A stretch of 64,000 nt of DNA from NCBI GenBank assembly GCA_010909165.1, contig MU008226.1, positions 80,826 through 144,825 on the forward strand, given 5' to 3'. Shown here in pieces: positions 1-10,889 of this stretch; the stretch's first letter is position 1, and the number at the start of each line of letters is the position of its first letter. This DNA comes from Anthoceros angustus. Lineage: Eukaryota > Plantae > Anthocerotophyta. The notes under the pieces are model-generated. The model saw only the letters and a program-made list of their open reading frames with translations, was not told where the DNA came from and searched no databases. Made by a program: the position numbers and the translations under genes.

Positions 1-1490
1 GAATGCTGATACTCTGTCCCGAAACCCTATTGGCAGCGACCTGGATAACATGGAGGCTCGACAGGACCATGATGAAATACCCTCCCGTTGCAGCGCTGGT
101 GGCCATGGTGGTACTGGGGCAGGCATGTGAAGCAGGGATCATGCGCGCACAACAAGACATATGGAGGGACTCGGTCACCTTACATTACATACTGGTGGGC
201 CGGCTACCGCAGGAGTGTGCACGGCTGAGCGGGAGCGAATCCAGAGCTGCCGGTATCAGGGTGACAACTATCACAGTCGGGCGAGCAGCGGTGAAATTAG
301 TACCACCACCACACGGCGAGGGCTGGTTAACCGTGTTCATGAAGGCATGGGGCATTACAGGGTCAAGCGAACTTACGTTTGCGACCCTCATTTCCATTGG
401 CATGGAATGTACTGTGCAAGTGAGAGAGCGGTGGCAGTGCGTGCGGTGTGGCGGTGAAAGCTAACTTTGGGACACTCACTCATCGCACCTTTTGTCCATC
501 ATGGGACTTTTCTACGGTGGTCCTGCGACACGCTAGGTGAGTCACGCGTACACCCGTGGAAATGTATACGTCATGGTAATGATCGAGCATTTCTCCAAGT
601 GGGTGGAGTTGGTGGCCCCTGCGACAAGTCATCACGCAGACACTATGGCATTCCTACAAAATGTTCTTAGCGGTTTGGCGATTGCGGAGTGCTTAACCGA
701 CCAAGGCTCGAGTTCTGATTCGGGACTTGACTTGACTTACCGATTGATCACAAACGGACTAGTCGCGATCACCCGGCAGCCAGGCTGAGAGATATACAGA
801 CCACCAAGAAAGGACTCCAAGCTTTGTATATGACTACTACTTAAGGCAGTTATTTAGCCTTGCCCTACATTGCCATGGGTTACGTGGATGAGCAAACACG
901 CCTCCTTGGCCCATTTCTCGCCTTACTTCCTCTGCTTGGAAGGGAACTGTACCCCAGTTGCCATAGCGAGGATGCAAGAAGTGTTGCGGTGGGATCCCAC
1001 TACAGGCCAAGGCAATCGGTGGCGGGCCAAGCTATTTCGGAGGGTGATGCCGATGGCAATGGCCAACGCATTGCCCAGCAGGATACCCGCAGATACCCAC
1101 ACAGGGCGGAAACTTCCGGCCCAAGGTCCCAAGTTTCATCCGAGACTATGTGTACTTGCAGATGCACTCAAGACACATTGGATTCGAGGGCTAGCCAGCA
1201 TGTGCTCCGTGTGAAGGAGGTCAAGGACAATGGGGTATTGGTGTTACAAGGCGGGGTCACTGCATCACCTCAAGAATTGCGCCCACACCGCCAAACCTCG
1301 ACCCCACGATTGTCACCACAAATTGATACCACCCGGACTACCCATGTATGCCGACGAGTGGATGACGCGAACTCATGTTGTGTGATGGGTGCAACGCGGT
1401 TTCCATTTATTTTGCTTAACACCACCAGGAAGATGTGCCGAGCAATGCGGTCGCCCCCAATTGCAGGGTATCCTCATCCAACTGCTAATG
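1..1490 (+). mobile_element. Ty3/Gypsy pol 3' part: RNase H C-terminus, integrase (zinc-binding and core) and C-terminal PHD finger, frameshifted
   Basis: Across frames: NADTLSRNP (RNase H end), LVNRVHEGMGHY..KRT..WHGMY (integrase zinc region), WSCDT.G..GNVYVMVMIEHFSKWVELV..ECLTDQGS (core), FHPGDYVYL..TLDSRASQHVLRVKEVKDNGVLVLQG, then a Cys/His PHD motif. Confidence 0.9.
1342..1467 (+). pseudogene. PHD finger (C4HC3) at the integrase C-terminus
   Basis: Joining frames gives C..CRRVDDA..ML.CDGCNA.FHLFCLTPP.EDVPSNAW.CPNCR, the canonical PHD ligand spacing with the conserved Trp. Confidence 0.85.
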
Positions 1491-1540
1491 GTACCTCGGA
1501 GTCAATAATGGTCGCTCATTTTGGCACCGGGTCGCCAAAC

Positions 1541-2371
1541 CGGGGAGGGAGTTTTCACCTAGTTGTCGCCATCGCACTATCACGATGGGCGCACTGCTAG
1601 ATCGAAGGATGCCAAGACAAAGCCCCTCACCGCTTTTGACTACGACAAAGACGCAAAGAAGGTCCGTGAGTTGCTAAGAACCGCCGCATCATGAGTTCAC
1701 AGCTCGAGGCTAGGTGTATTTCACACGACAAGTCGGCGCCGATCGTCCGGTCCACATGCCCAAGGTAGGATAGAGCGTATCACTGCTCATTTGTTATTTA
1801 GATAATAAGTGAGACGGGAGGTAGTTAGTTGAAGCCGCTTAGGGTTAGGTTAGCCACCACGTGGCTCGCACTTGATCATCACCGGATGGGCACTAGGTCA
1901 CACTAGCAGGTTTCACCAGTGGTCAGCCAAGGACGGGCTTGCAAATCCCATGAGCGGGTGACGCGCTGGCGGATCAACACAAGTCCCTGGACGTCGACTC
2001 CAAAAGCATTATGTGCGTGGACGGCCATCCCCGCATGGGAAAACAGGATGAACGCCAGAATCGCAGAGAGAACCAACATAAGTGCAAGCCCTCGCCTTAG
2101 GAGATCGTTGTTAGAAGTCATAGTCGGAAACCGGTGAACGCTCGAGCTCGCCGAGTAGTCGCTCACGCAAACAACTTGTCAATTCGCATTCAATCTCGCG
2201 AATCGGAGTGTACGCCGTGGGAGTGATTGACGCTTGTGGGCATGAACGGTCAGATTGCTATGCACTCATCAACTCAACAGAACCCGCAACGCGGTATCGC
2301 TGATCGTGCTTGCCCGAGCTAACTCCTCACGACCTTTGGGGAATGCAACCGAGGTCTAAACAAGTCGGAGT
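1541..2371 (+). mobile_element. Polypurine tract and probable 3' LTR of the PHD-Gypsy element
   Basis: GGGGAGGGAG at 1542-1551 lies shortly after the pol stop and is followed by non-coding sequence. The right boundary is inferred from the repeat that restarts at 2372. Confidence 0.5.
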
Positions 2372-2552
2372 GAGTTTTCACCCGTTGTCGCCATCGCACT
2401 ATCACGATGGGCCACCGTTAGATCGGAAGGATGCCAAAGACAGCCCTCACTGCTTTTGACTACGGCTAAAGACCGCAAAGAAGGTCCTGAGTTGCTAAGA
2501 GGCCGCGCATCATGAGTTCATGGCTCGAGGCTAGGTGCATTTCGCATCGACA
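1549..2552 (+). repeat. ~182 bp direct repeat pair (1549-1730 and 2372-2552)
   Basis: Both copies read GAGTTTTCACC..GTTGTCGCCATCGCACTATCACGATGGGC...CTCGAGGCTAGGTG.ATTTC..A.CGACA; the period is 823 bp. Confidence 0.9.
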
Positions 2553-3990
2553 TCCATTCGGCAGGACTGTGACCAAGGGGTCCTTGGCCAGGAACAATCG
2601 GACGCATGTGAGGCCCAAGCACGGGCAGAGGACCTCTGCAGGAGGAGGGGGGTAGCGCCGAAGGAAGCAGAGGAGGCCAGAGGGCAAGCGGAGAGGGCGC
2701 GGGACCTGGCTGAGGTGGCTAGGCGGAACAACACCAAGCCGTGGAGGCCTGTGCGGCACATGAAGTGAAGCCACGCAGCTAAACCGACCGGGATCACTAC
2801 CGGAGGGATCGGAATCGGTGGAGGGAGATACAGGACCGCGCTAGCTTGAAGGCGGAACAGGAGGCGGCGGAGCAGGCTAGGGTCGCCGGGTAGAGGAGAA
2901 GGAGGCCAGCAATAAGGAGATGGAGGATCTTCGGACTCCGATTGCAAAGCGGGAAGAGCAGAGATGGAAGACCGCAAGGAAACCTTGGAGCTGCGGCTCC
3001 AAGAGACAATCGAGCGGCGGGTTTACGGGGCGTGATCGCGGATCACGAGCGCGAGATAGAGCGTCTCGGGCCGGGCCAAGGACCGAGAGGTGAGGCATGG
3101 CGGAATAAGGAGCAGACGGCAAGATAGAAGAACACGGAGCGGAATGAGTGAGCTAGGACCGCTGGAAAGAGATGGCGGAGCTCAGGCCGTAATGAACGGA
3201 GGAGCAAGAGCCCGGACGCAGAGAAGAAGCTACGTGGTTATGGAAGTGGAGGGAACGCCGGCCATGGTGTAAGCTCGGCGCTGGAGCGAAACGACGTGAG
3301 CCGGAGAGTGCAGAGCATCAGCGATTGCGTGGAGGTAACAGAGCCTCCCCTCGGCTCATGAGACTGCCTACCCACCGACAAACCCGGCAGGGAGACGACC
3401 GCAAGCCTGACAAAGACGCCAGCCTCTGGAGCACCTATGGCGAAGGAGTACGGGTTCAAGCATGTGGAAGAGGCAATCCAAGAATCAACTCGACTAGCCT
3501 ACTACCACGCCGAGCTCCTCAAGGCATTGGAAGCTTCCAAGGCGCCCAACGAATCGGATGAACCTCAGGAAGGCTCAAGGCGAAGGGCATGGACAGCACG
3601 GGGGCCTTTGGTGGCCTGTTTGGGACGACGGCACAAGTGAGAAGAGCCCCAGAGGAGGCAGACGCGCCAACACAACCGACCTGGAGGTGTGACAGCCAGC
3701 AACCAATGGGGAGGATAGGGACGAGGGTCCCGAAGGAGGTGAGAAAGGAGGAAACCAACCGGATCCGAGCCATGGAAGGAGCCAGCAAGATGGACCCCAA
3801 TGAGGTGGTCCGAGGTTGGGGGTCAGGACTTGAGGACCTCGACTGTAATAAGTTCGGACCTCGAGGTCCGAACCTGGAGATGAGACCGGACTTGACCGGA
3901 CTGAAATAAGTCCCAACTCTGAAGTTTGGACTGAGCGAGCCGGGACCGAGGTCCCGGACTCAGAGGTGAGGGGACCCTCCGACTCAGGCT
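2553..3990 (+). mobile_element. Fragment of Gypsy-associated accessory-ORF/LTR family H
   Basis: Contains EYGFKHVEEAIQESTRLAYYHAELLKALE (3437-3535) followed by a GGACC/GGTCC-rich array; homologous to 19.2-20.9, 44.5-46.1 (minus), 58-59.8 and 61-62 kb. Confidence 0.65.
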
Positions 3991-3994
3991 ACGA

Positions 3995-4213
3995 TGAGAA
4001 TCATACAAGCTCTAGCAATATGTGTTGCATTACATTCATAATAGAAAGTACATGCCTTTATGTAGGCAAGGTAGTTGTAACCAATAAGTGGTTGTAACAA
4101 CTAACCAATTAAATAACTACTAAAAGAAACTACCTAGAGCCCTAAGGACTAAATTAATTATTAAGTCCTAGGTGCCCTAGTGAAGAGTGCCCTAATAGTA
4201 AGCTATTTTATCA
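3995..4213 (-). mobile_element. Probable 3' LTR of Copia element 1
   Basis: AT-rich ~219 bp TG...CA segment. On the minus strand it begins TGATAAAATAG directly after the purine tract GAGTGGGAG (4214-4222). Confidence 0.55.
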
Positions 4214-5822
4214 CTCCCACTCACTATGAACTAGGGGTGATTTTCGACCAAAAGAGGTCTAGGAAAACTAGTCTAGTAAAAACTAGTCCCTAACTAAACT
4301 TTACTTAAAGGCATAAAGTAAAACTTAAGGTAAAACTGAAAGTAATAATCACTATTAAAATAACTCCCACTTAAGGAGAACGAGATGAGAAACTAATAAC
4401 CCAACTTCAAGAATAGGTGGAATTAAAACTAATTAAAAGTATTTAAGCGGATTTATATATAGAGGAAAATCCAGAAAATACCTAATTTCCGAAAAGGAAA
4501 ATCAAAAGGATAATGGATAATACCCCTTCTTCCTCAAACTTCACGAAACGCGATCGACAACTTGGTGGTTGGTACATGTGATGGCGATGGCGGAGGGTGG
4601 CTACCGGACAAGGCGCGCCCAATCCACACGGGAGGAGGCGCCACGGGGCGCCATCGCCTGTCGAGCCCCGCTGCCCTCTCTCCGCCGGGCCGAGGGCCGC
4701 GCGCCTTCCCCATCTGTCCGGCCCTGCAAGGGCGCTCACGGCGCTGGGCGCCCAAACAAAAGAGAGGGCGCCCCTACCGATGCCAGTCGTGTCCCCGCTG
4801 GTGATGAAGAGTCTCGCCCAGACTCGCCTTCCTGCCTTTCGAAAGAAATCTCCGCATTTGTCATTGATCCGACCTCATCCTCGGAGGATGAACAACCGAG
4901 ATGCCTAAGGATCCTAGGGACGCGCTCCCAAGAGGGAAAGCTCAAGTCCAAGTGTAAGATTGCGTCATTTTCTCGCCATGTCTTCTGCCATGTCTTCATT
5001 TGTGAAGCAATTCTGGATGTGCTCACCAAAGGGGAGGAAGCCCTAGGTGATGAGGACGTGCCTCCCTCTCAATGAATGATGCTCCGCCGCAAAAAGCCCA
5101 CCTGCCAAAAGTGTTTGTAGGAAAGATTGCCCATCTTATGCTTCTAAGAAGAAGCTATGACACAAGTGGATTACAAGGATGCTATGACTTGATGGATAAG
5201 AGGCGACACTTGTGTGGCCGACGCTTGGATGGGTGGAGACGGCATGGGAGGATAGGAAGGGGAAAAGAAAGGTGCAATATATTAAATAAGGGTTATCCAA
5301 GATTTAAGCATCCTAATTTCTATATGAGTTTTAGGATCAATAACCTAGCATAAATTTTCTGCGTTGATGCGGTGTAAACACATTTTGTTTCCCTAAGTGT
5401 ATTAAAGACAAAAACATGGGCTATTATAAGCGAATTCTACCAAAAGGTGACCAGGAAAATAAAGTATACATACTCACCTTAGGTTTAAGTGAAAAGGAGA
5501 TGTCCGGACTCCTATATATGTGAGGAAACTACCATCCACATGATAAAAATAGCAAGTCTCCCATGTGAGGAATTTCAGGACATATCAAACATATTTTCCG
5601 TAGGTGCCTTTGGTGCTAAGGGAATTTATTGTTTTAATCACATAAATACTGCTTAAATATTATTTTTATTTTTAATATAAATATTCCAGGTTCTATGTTG
5701 GCCGTCTATGAAGAGGAAGGCGGGATGACCTAAGCTATTTTGAGATAGAAGAAGAAAATGTTCAGAAAAATAGTAAGACAATAATTTTTGGGCTAAGATT
5801 TTAAGGTTATCTTAAATCGGCC

Positions 5823-7430
5823 CTAAGGCGCTAGGGTGAGTATTAGGTTAAAGGTTTGGACGGTGTCCATTATACCCAAACATTTCATGTGTTTCCTATG
5901 TAACTCAATTCCCAATGACTTTGTTAATAAATCGACATTGTCTAAAGTTTGAACATAACTAATATTTATGGTTTGATCTTCTAACTTTTCCCTTATGTAG
6001 TGATACTCAACAGCTATATGTTTAGTTCTAGAATGAAAAGATTTCGCAAGTGCAATGGCACCGCTATCACTAAACAAAGATGTAGGCTTAAGTTGAGGAT
6101 GGTGAAGTTCACTCAAAACTAACTGGACCACACTATGTCTTTAGAAGAGGTTAGTACCATAGTGATTCAAGATTGACAAAGCTATAGTAGGTTGTTTCTT
6201 ACTTGACCAGGATATTGGTGCTCCTCCTAAGAGTAATACATACCGATCTGATTGTGTGTCGGTCACTAAAGATAGCATCGATATGCCGTTAGAGTTAATG
6301 TGTTGATAGCTGGTGTATGCTTGAACATCACCCCGTGTACATAGTGCCTTTAAGGTATCCGAATATACGCTCAGACATCCAAAGCTCACGCCTGTGGTTC
6401 TCCAAGAATTGTGAGCGAACTGACTTCAAAAGATATATCTGGTCTCGTAAAATTGCATAAATATATTAGAGTGCCAACAGCATGTCGGTATGGAACTGCT
6501 GACATTTCTAGCTTTTCTTCAGTTGTTTTGGGACTCATATCCGAGGTTCTAACACCACTTGCAAAAGGTGTGGTGCAGTGCTTTGCATCCTCAAGTCCAA
6601 ATTTAGCTAAACTCTCCTTAATATACTTGGTTTGAACTATACTTAGAGTCTTATTACCTCTATTTCGTATAATATTAACACCAAGTGCATATGTCATTTC
6701 TCCTAGATCGGACATCTCAAATAGAGTCCTAAGCCATGCTTTAGTTTCGCTAGGAGAGTGAGGGAGTTTGTTGCCATAAAACATCATCAACATAAAGTAG
6801 AAGATAAAATATATCATTGCGGATATTAGGATGTACATACAAGCATCACCGGCTTTGCTTAAATCCTCTCCCAATAAGTTGTACATGTATGGTTAAATTC
6901 CAATTCTCGAGCTTAAGGCCATACAAACCTTTGATGAGTCGGCATACCCAATCTTCTTTGCCTTTGACAGAACCTCGGGTTGTCTCATGTATATTTCCTC
7001 TTGCAGCGCCATACAAATATGTCTTAACATCCATCATGTGGAGTTCAAGATCATGTTGGGCACATAAGGCAAATATCATTCAAGTGTGGCAAATTTACAT
7101 AAGTGGCCCAAGGTATGTAATCTAGACCAGAATTTGTGTAAAACCTCGCTACTAGACGTGCCTTATACCTTTCTATAGAACCATCTCCTTTTCTTTTAAT
7201 TTTGAATACCCATTTGCTGGTTACTATCTTCCTACCCCTAGGTGGTTTGACCAATTCCCATGTAGAGTTATTAACTAGGGAATTATATTTAATCTATGCT
7301 ACCTTCCATAAGTCTTTTCGGAGAAGAGAAAGCTTGTTTTAAGGTAAGAGGTTCTTCCGGGTCTATAGTTGCCTTGTAGAGCCTTGAGAATAAAGTGATA
7401 TAGGGGTATAGGATCATCAAAACAGCTAGG
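5823..7430 (-). mobile_element. Ty1/Copia RT-RNase H (element 1, 5'-truncated)
   Basis: NSTWELVKPPRGRKIVTSKWVFKIKRKGDGSIERYKARLVAR, MDVKT, YRHAVGTLIYLCNFTRPDIS, ISWSSKKQPTIALS, FHSRTKHIAVEYHYIREK. Confidence 0.95.
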
Positions 7431-7559
7431 TATCCTAAAGGAGGTTCCTTCCAACCGCCTCCCTTAGGTACACGCCTCCCCTCTAGGCTGCCTCCCTATG
7501 GTAGGGCCTCCCACCTCAGGCTGCCTCCCACGGCGGTGAGGTGGCGCCTCCCTACCGTA

Positions 7560-10100
7560 GTAGGTTGCCTTCTTCCTCCCTGCTTCCTTATGGCACTATG
7601 GGCCCTCTCGCCATTTCTTCTCCAAACTCCTGAGTCCATATCGCCGACCTCATCAAAGTCTAAGGCCCTAGCTTAATGCATGAGGGCCTCCCTATCATCA
7701 TCGTGTGGCCCAAGCATCCTCCTCTTCACAATTATTGTAGGCCTCCACACACACCATGCCATCGCCCAATATTTTTGGCAATGGGTTTACTCCAAACTAC
7801 CACCATGCGCTTCATGAGTTGGGGTTTCTTGGCCTTGAAACCCTTCACGGCATCCACACCGGCTTCCGAACCAACCTCATCCTTGCTTGGCTCTTAGCAA
7901 TCCCATGAGGAGAACAAACACCAAGCTAAGCACCAAGAACACTAAGGACGCCCCCTCTTAGAAGAAATTCACTCTCAAACCAAGCCAAGGCACACCAAGA
8001 CCCAAGAAATTGATGCCACAAGAAAAGAGAACACCAAGAGGAGATGGCGGCATCACTCTTAAGAAGGCACACACAGTGTAGACACACAAGCTCTAGCTCA
8101 CTCCCTCTCTGCACTTTTAGAGCTCAGGTCTTCTCATCGACAATTATAGCAACAGAGCTCCTAAATTGCAGCCATAGATTTGAGTGGTTGCTGCAAGCAT
8201 GTGGCCATATCCCATCCATTATTTAGCACAGCCAGCCATAACCTCTAATTTCTATCGTAGCCATCAATCCCCACCATGAATCTAAGGATCCTTTCCATCC
8301 ATCTTGCACAAATTCAAGACCCTAGTTGGTTTGCACCAAGAAGGCTCTTAAGTCATCAATCCTTCAGCTCTTGTGCAAGAGCAACATTCCCTGCATCTCC
8401 TTGGCCCTAGGCGCTCCCATAGAGACCATCCTACCCATCAAAACCCAAGGAAAAGCTCAATCCTCAGCCTCCAAAATCAGGCGCGCTACCGCAACTTACT
8501 AAGAACTTTCCCAATCAGCTCCCCGTGTCTTTTGCAAATATAAGCTCATACTCCTCGCACAAAAGGCACCCCATCCGAGTACCGATCCGCCCATAGGACG
8601 CTTAACTCGGAGTTCTTATATCCAACACCAAGTCTTGTGCATATCTTGCCACATACATTTTATCATTCATTATTGAACTCCTCACCAAGCTCCTATTCTC
8701 CACACTTCTCCTTAGCGAACTCCTCGACCAACTCTCGAATACCTTGCTGCCCAATTCTCGCGCCACCACAACGACCTCCTTCACACCTACTTGCAGCCAA
8801 GCGAATTTTGCCTTCATGATGCACACCCCATTGCGATTCCTTCACCATATTGCAGCCCATCGCAATACTACCTCGTGGTCACACTCCATCTTACCATGCA
8901 AATTCACCATGAGAGCTCCCATGGCCTCTCCTAGTTCAAAGACACGGCCCTATCATCCCATCCTCACATCATTACTCCACCGCAAGTACTTCCATGCTTC
9001 GACACGCCATGGCCTCCTCTTGCAAATGACTAGCATTCGTGAAGGATCGTAAATCTCACAAGTGGCCTCTCTCACTTGAGATGAGGCTCTCATATTTATA
9101 CCTCCATCACTCCACCTGAGCAAGAAGCTTCCTAGTGATGCTTGCCAAACTGCTTCGCTCCTCTTGATAATGTATTAGCAAGTACATTGCTCCTGCACCA
9201 TCTTCTCTGCCTTCTTCATCCTTCGCCTTGTGGCCTTCACCTGGCAACATGTGCTAGGCACTCTCCAATTCCCTTCCTGCCAGTAGGCTGCCTACCTACC
9301 AACGCTGCCTACCTACTGGTCTTTGGGTACGCTATAGTGGGTACCCCACTCACCCTGTACGTGTTGTTCCTATCACGGTAGGGTGTGCACCTACCATGGT
9401 AGGCGTCCCCTATACACCATTTGGCCTATCCGCCTGCATCTCTTGAGCTCCTCTCTGGGGCTCGCTCATGGAGGTTTCCTCCTCCTCCTGACAACCCCTC
9501 GGGTTCTACCACCGCTTCCTCCTCTTCCTCGCAGTCCTCCAGCCTTGATGCCGCAGCGACGATGCTTGTCCTCAAAGTGTCATAAAAGGCAATGGTCTTT
9601 CCATGCTTGGCCTCGAGATGGACAATCTTGAATGGATGCCAAGAACCTTCCAGCTCCTTGCAATTTCCACACACACACCGGCCTTGACCTCGCCTTGCTC
9701 ACAATTCCTCGGCTCTTATACCCTTGCTTTTCCAGACGAGTTTCCAATTCTGTGATTTGAAAGAAGGAATTCTCTAAGTTTCCACGATTCTTACATCTTC
9801 TCAGCAAGTTGAGAGTCCCTTCTCTCTCTTCAATTTTGACATGCCTTGCTCTTCCCAACACTCCTTTGGGCTTGGGCAAGCATTGCCTCCTTCCTTCTTC
9901 TTCTTCTTGTTGCACCCCTACTTGTCTTGCCTATTTTCCTCTTCACGCTAGCTTGCCCCTCTTCTCTATCCACAGCAGGCACGTACACGCAATACGTGTG
10001 GGGCTCTTCTAGCTCTGGTGTGCGCCTTCCCGCAGTGCTTCCTCACCTTCAAGTTGTGACCTCCCACACATGCAGCAGATTATAAAGATAACTTGGGGTT
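7560..10100 (-). pseudogene. Degenerate accessory ORF family X
   Basis: Coding-like, frameshifted minus-strand sequence downstream of the conserved TATA/hairpin module; inverted homologue at 24.3-25.05 kb; second copy at 46.1-48.6 kb. Confidence 0.4.
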
Positions 10101-10269
10101 AGGAATGGTAACTACCAATCTACTCGCCTTGGATATGCACCACGTGGCACCTTTTCTACAGTTGATTGAGTTTCCCAATTCCTCTTATACTAAGATACTA
10201 TTTCCCCTAGTTTCCTAACGGCCCAATCTAGCTTTTAATTTCCTATCCTGACCCATTTATCTAGTCCAC

Positions 10270-10595
10270 TATTGGTGGGCATATATAGTGGATATCTCCC
10301 TATCCTAATTTCCCTTTTAGCCGAGACGCCTTCAGTCACCCCTGTAGTCCGCCTTCCTCTTAGCCACTGTGTGGGGTTACTGCCGGGTAGTCTGCCACCA
10401 CCGCCTTCGGTGCCTTCCTATCTCGCCTGGGGTCATTTTGACCTTTCTTTCCTGATATCCTCTCGCCTCCTAACATCCTACAACTCCAGCTTCAAGATTT
10501 CGAAAATTCCCTAGCATGATCCCCTTCAATGCCTTTAGCCAAAAAATCAAGTTCGTTTCTTCTCCCTTTTTGGGCTGGTTGCCCAAACTTTGCCC
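10270..10595 (-). promoter_or_regulatory. Conserved internal module with a TATATA box and GGGTCA-TTT-TGACC hairpin
   Basis: CCACTATATATG on the minus strand (10280-10291), hairpin at 10430, and TAGCCAAAAAATCAA..GGTTGCCCAAACTTT; also at 36810-37160 and 48770-49110. Confidence 0.55.
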
Positions 10596-10889
10596 ACACC
10601 AAAGTCGCAGCACAACAAAGACTTTTATTGGTGCCAAAGCCCATTAGTCCGCGGCCGACATACTGTGAGATGGTTCATCAAGCAAACTACACTCCAGCCG
10701 TGGGAATCCAGTCCAGTGATGAAGCATGTTGAGTGATGCACAAGACACTCATCACCGATCCTAGCCTTTGACAAAAATCGCGCGATGGCCATCCGGTCAT
10801 GCTTTAGATGACAACCCGGATCTATCCTCCGCATATCAAGCATCCATCATCCGCAGACGTAGGTATCACCACACTCCGACACCAATTTC

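Noticed and set aside
1838-1852. TTAGGGTTAGG telomere-like word
   Set aside because: Fewer than two full units, so not an array.
1549-2552. DIRS/TOC1-type tyrosine-recombinase element
   Set aside because: The adjacent pol has a DDE-type integrase and a PPT; no recombinase motif is seen.
4736-5029. Faint resemblance of WQKTWRENDAILHLD..LRHLG to the Dbf4 N motif
   Set aside because: Too short, judged by eye, and in the frame antisense to a longer ORF; an HMM hit would be needed.
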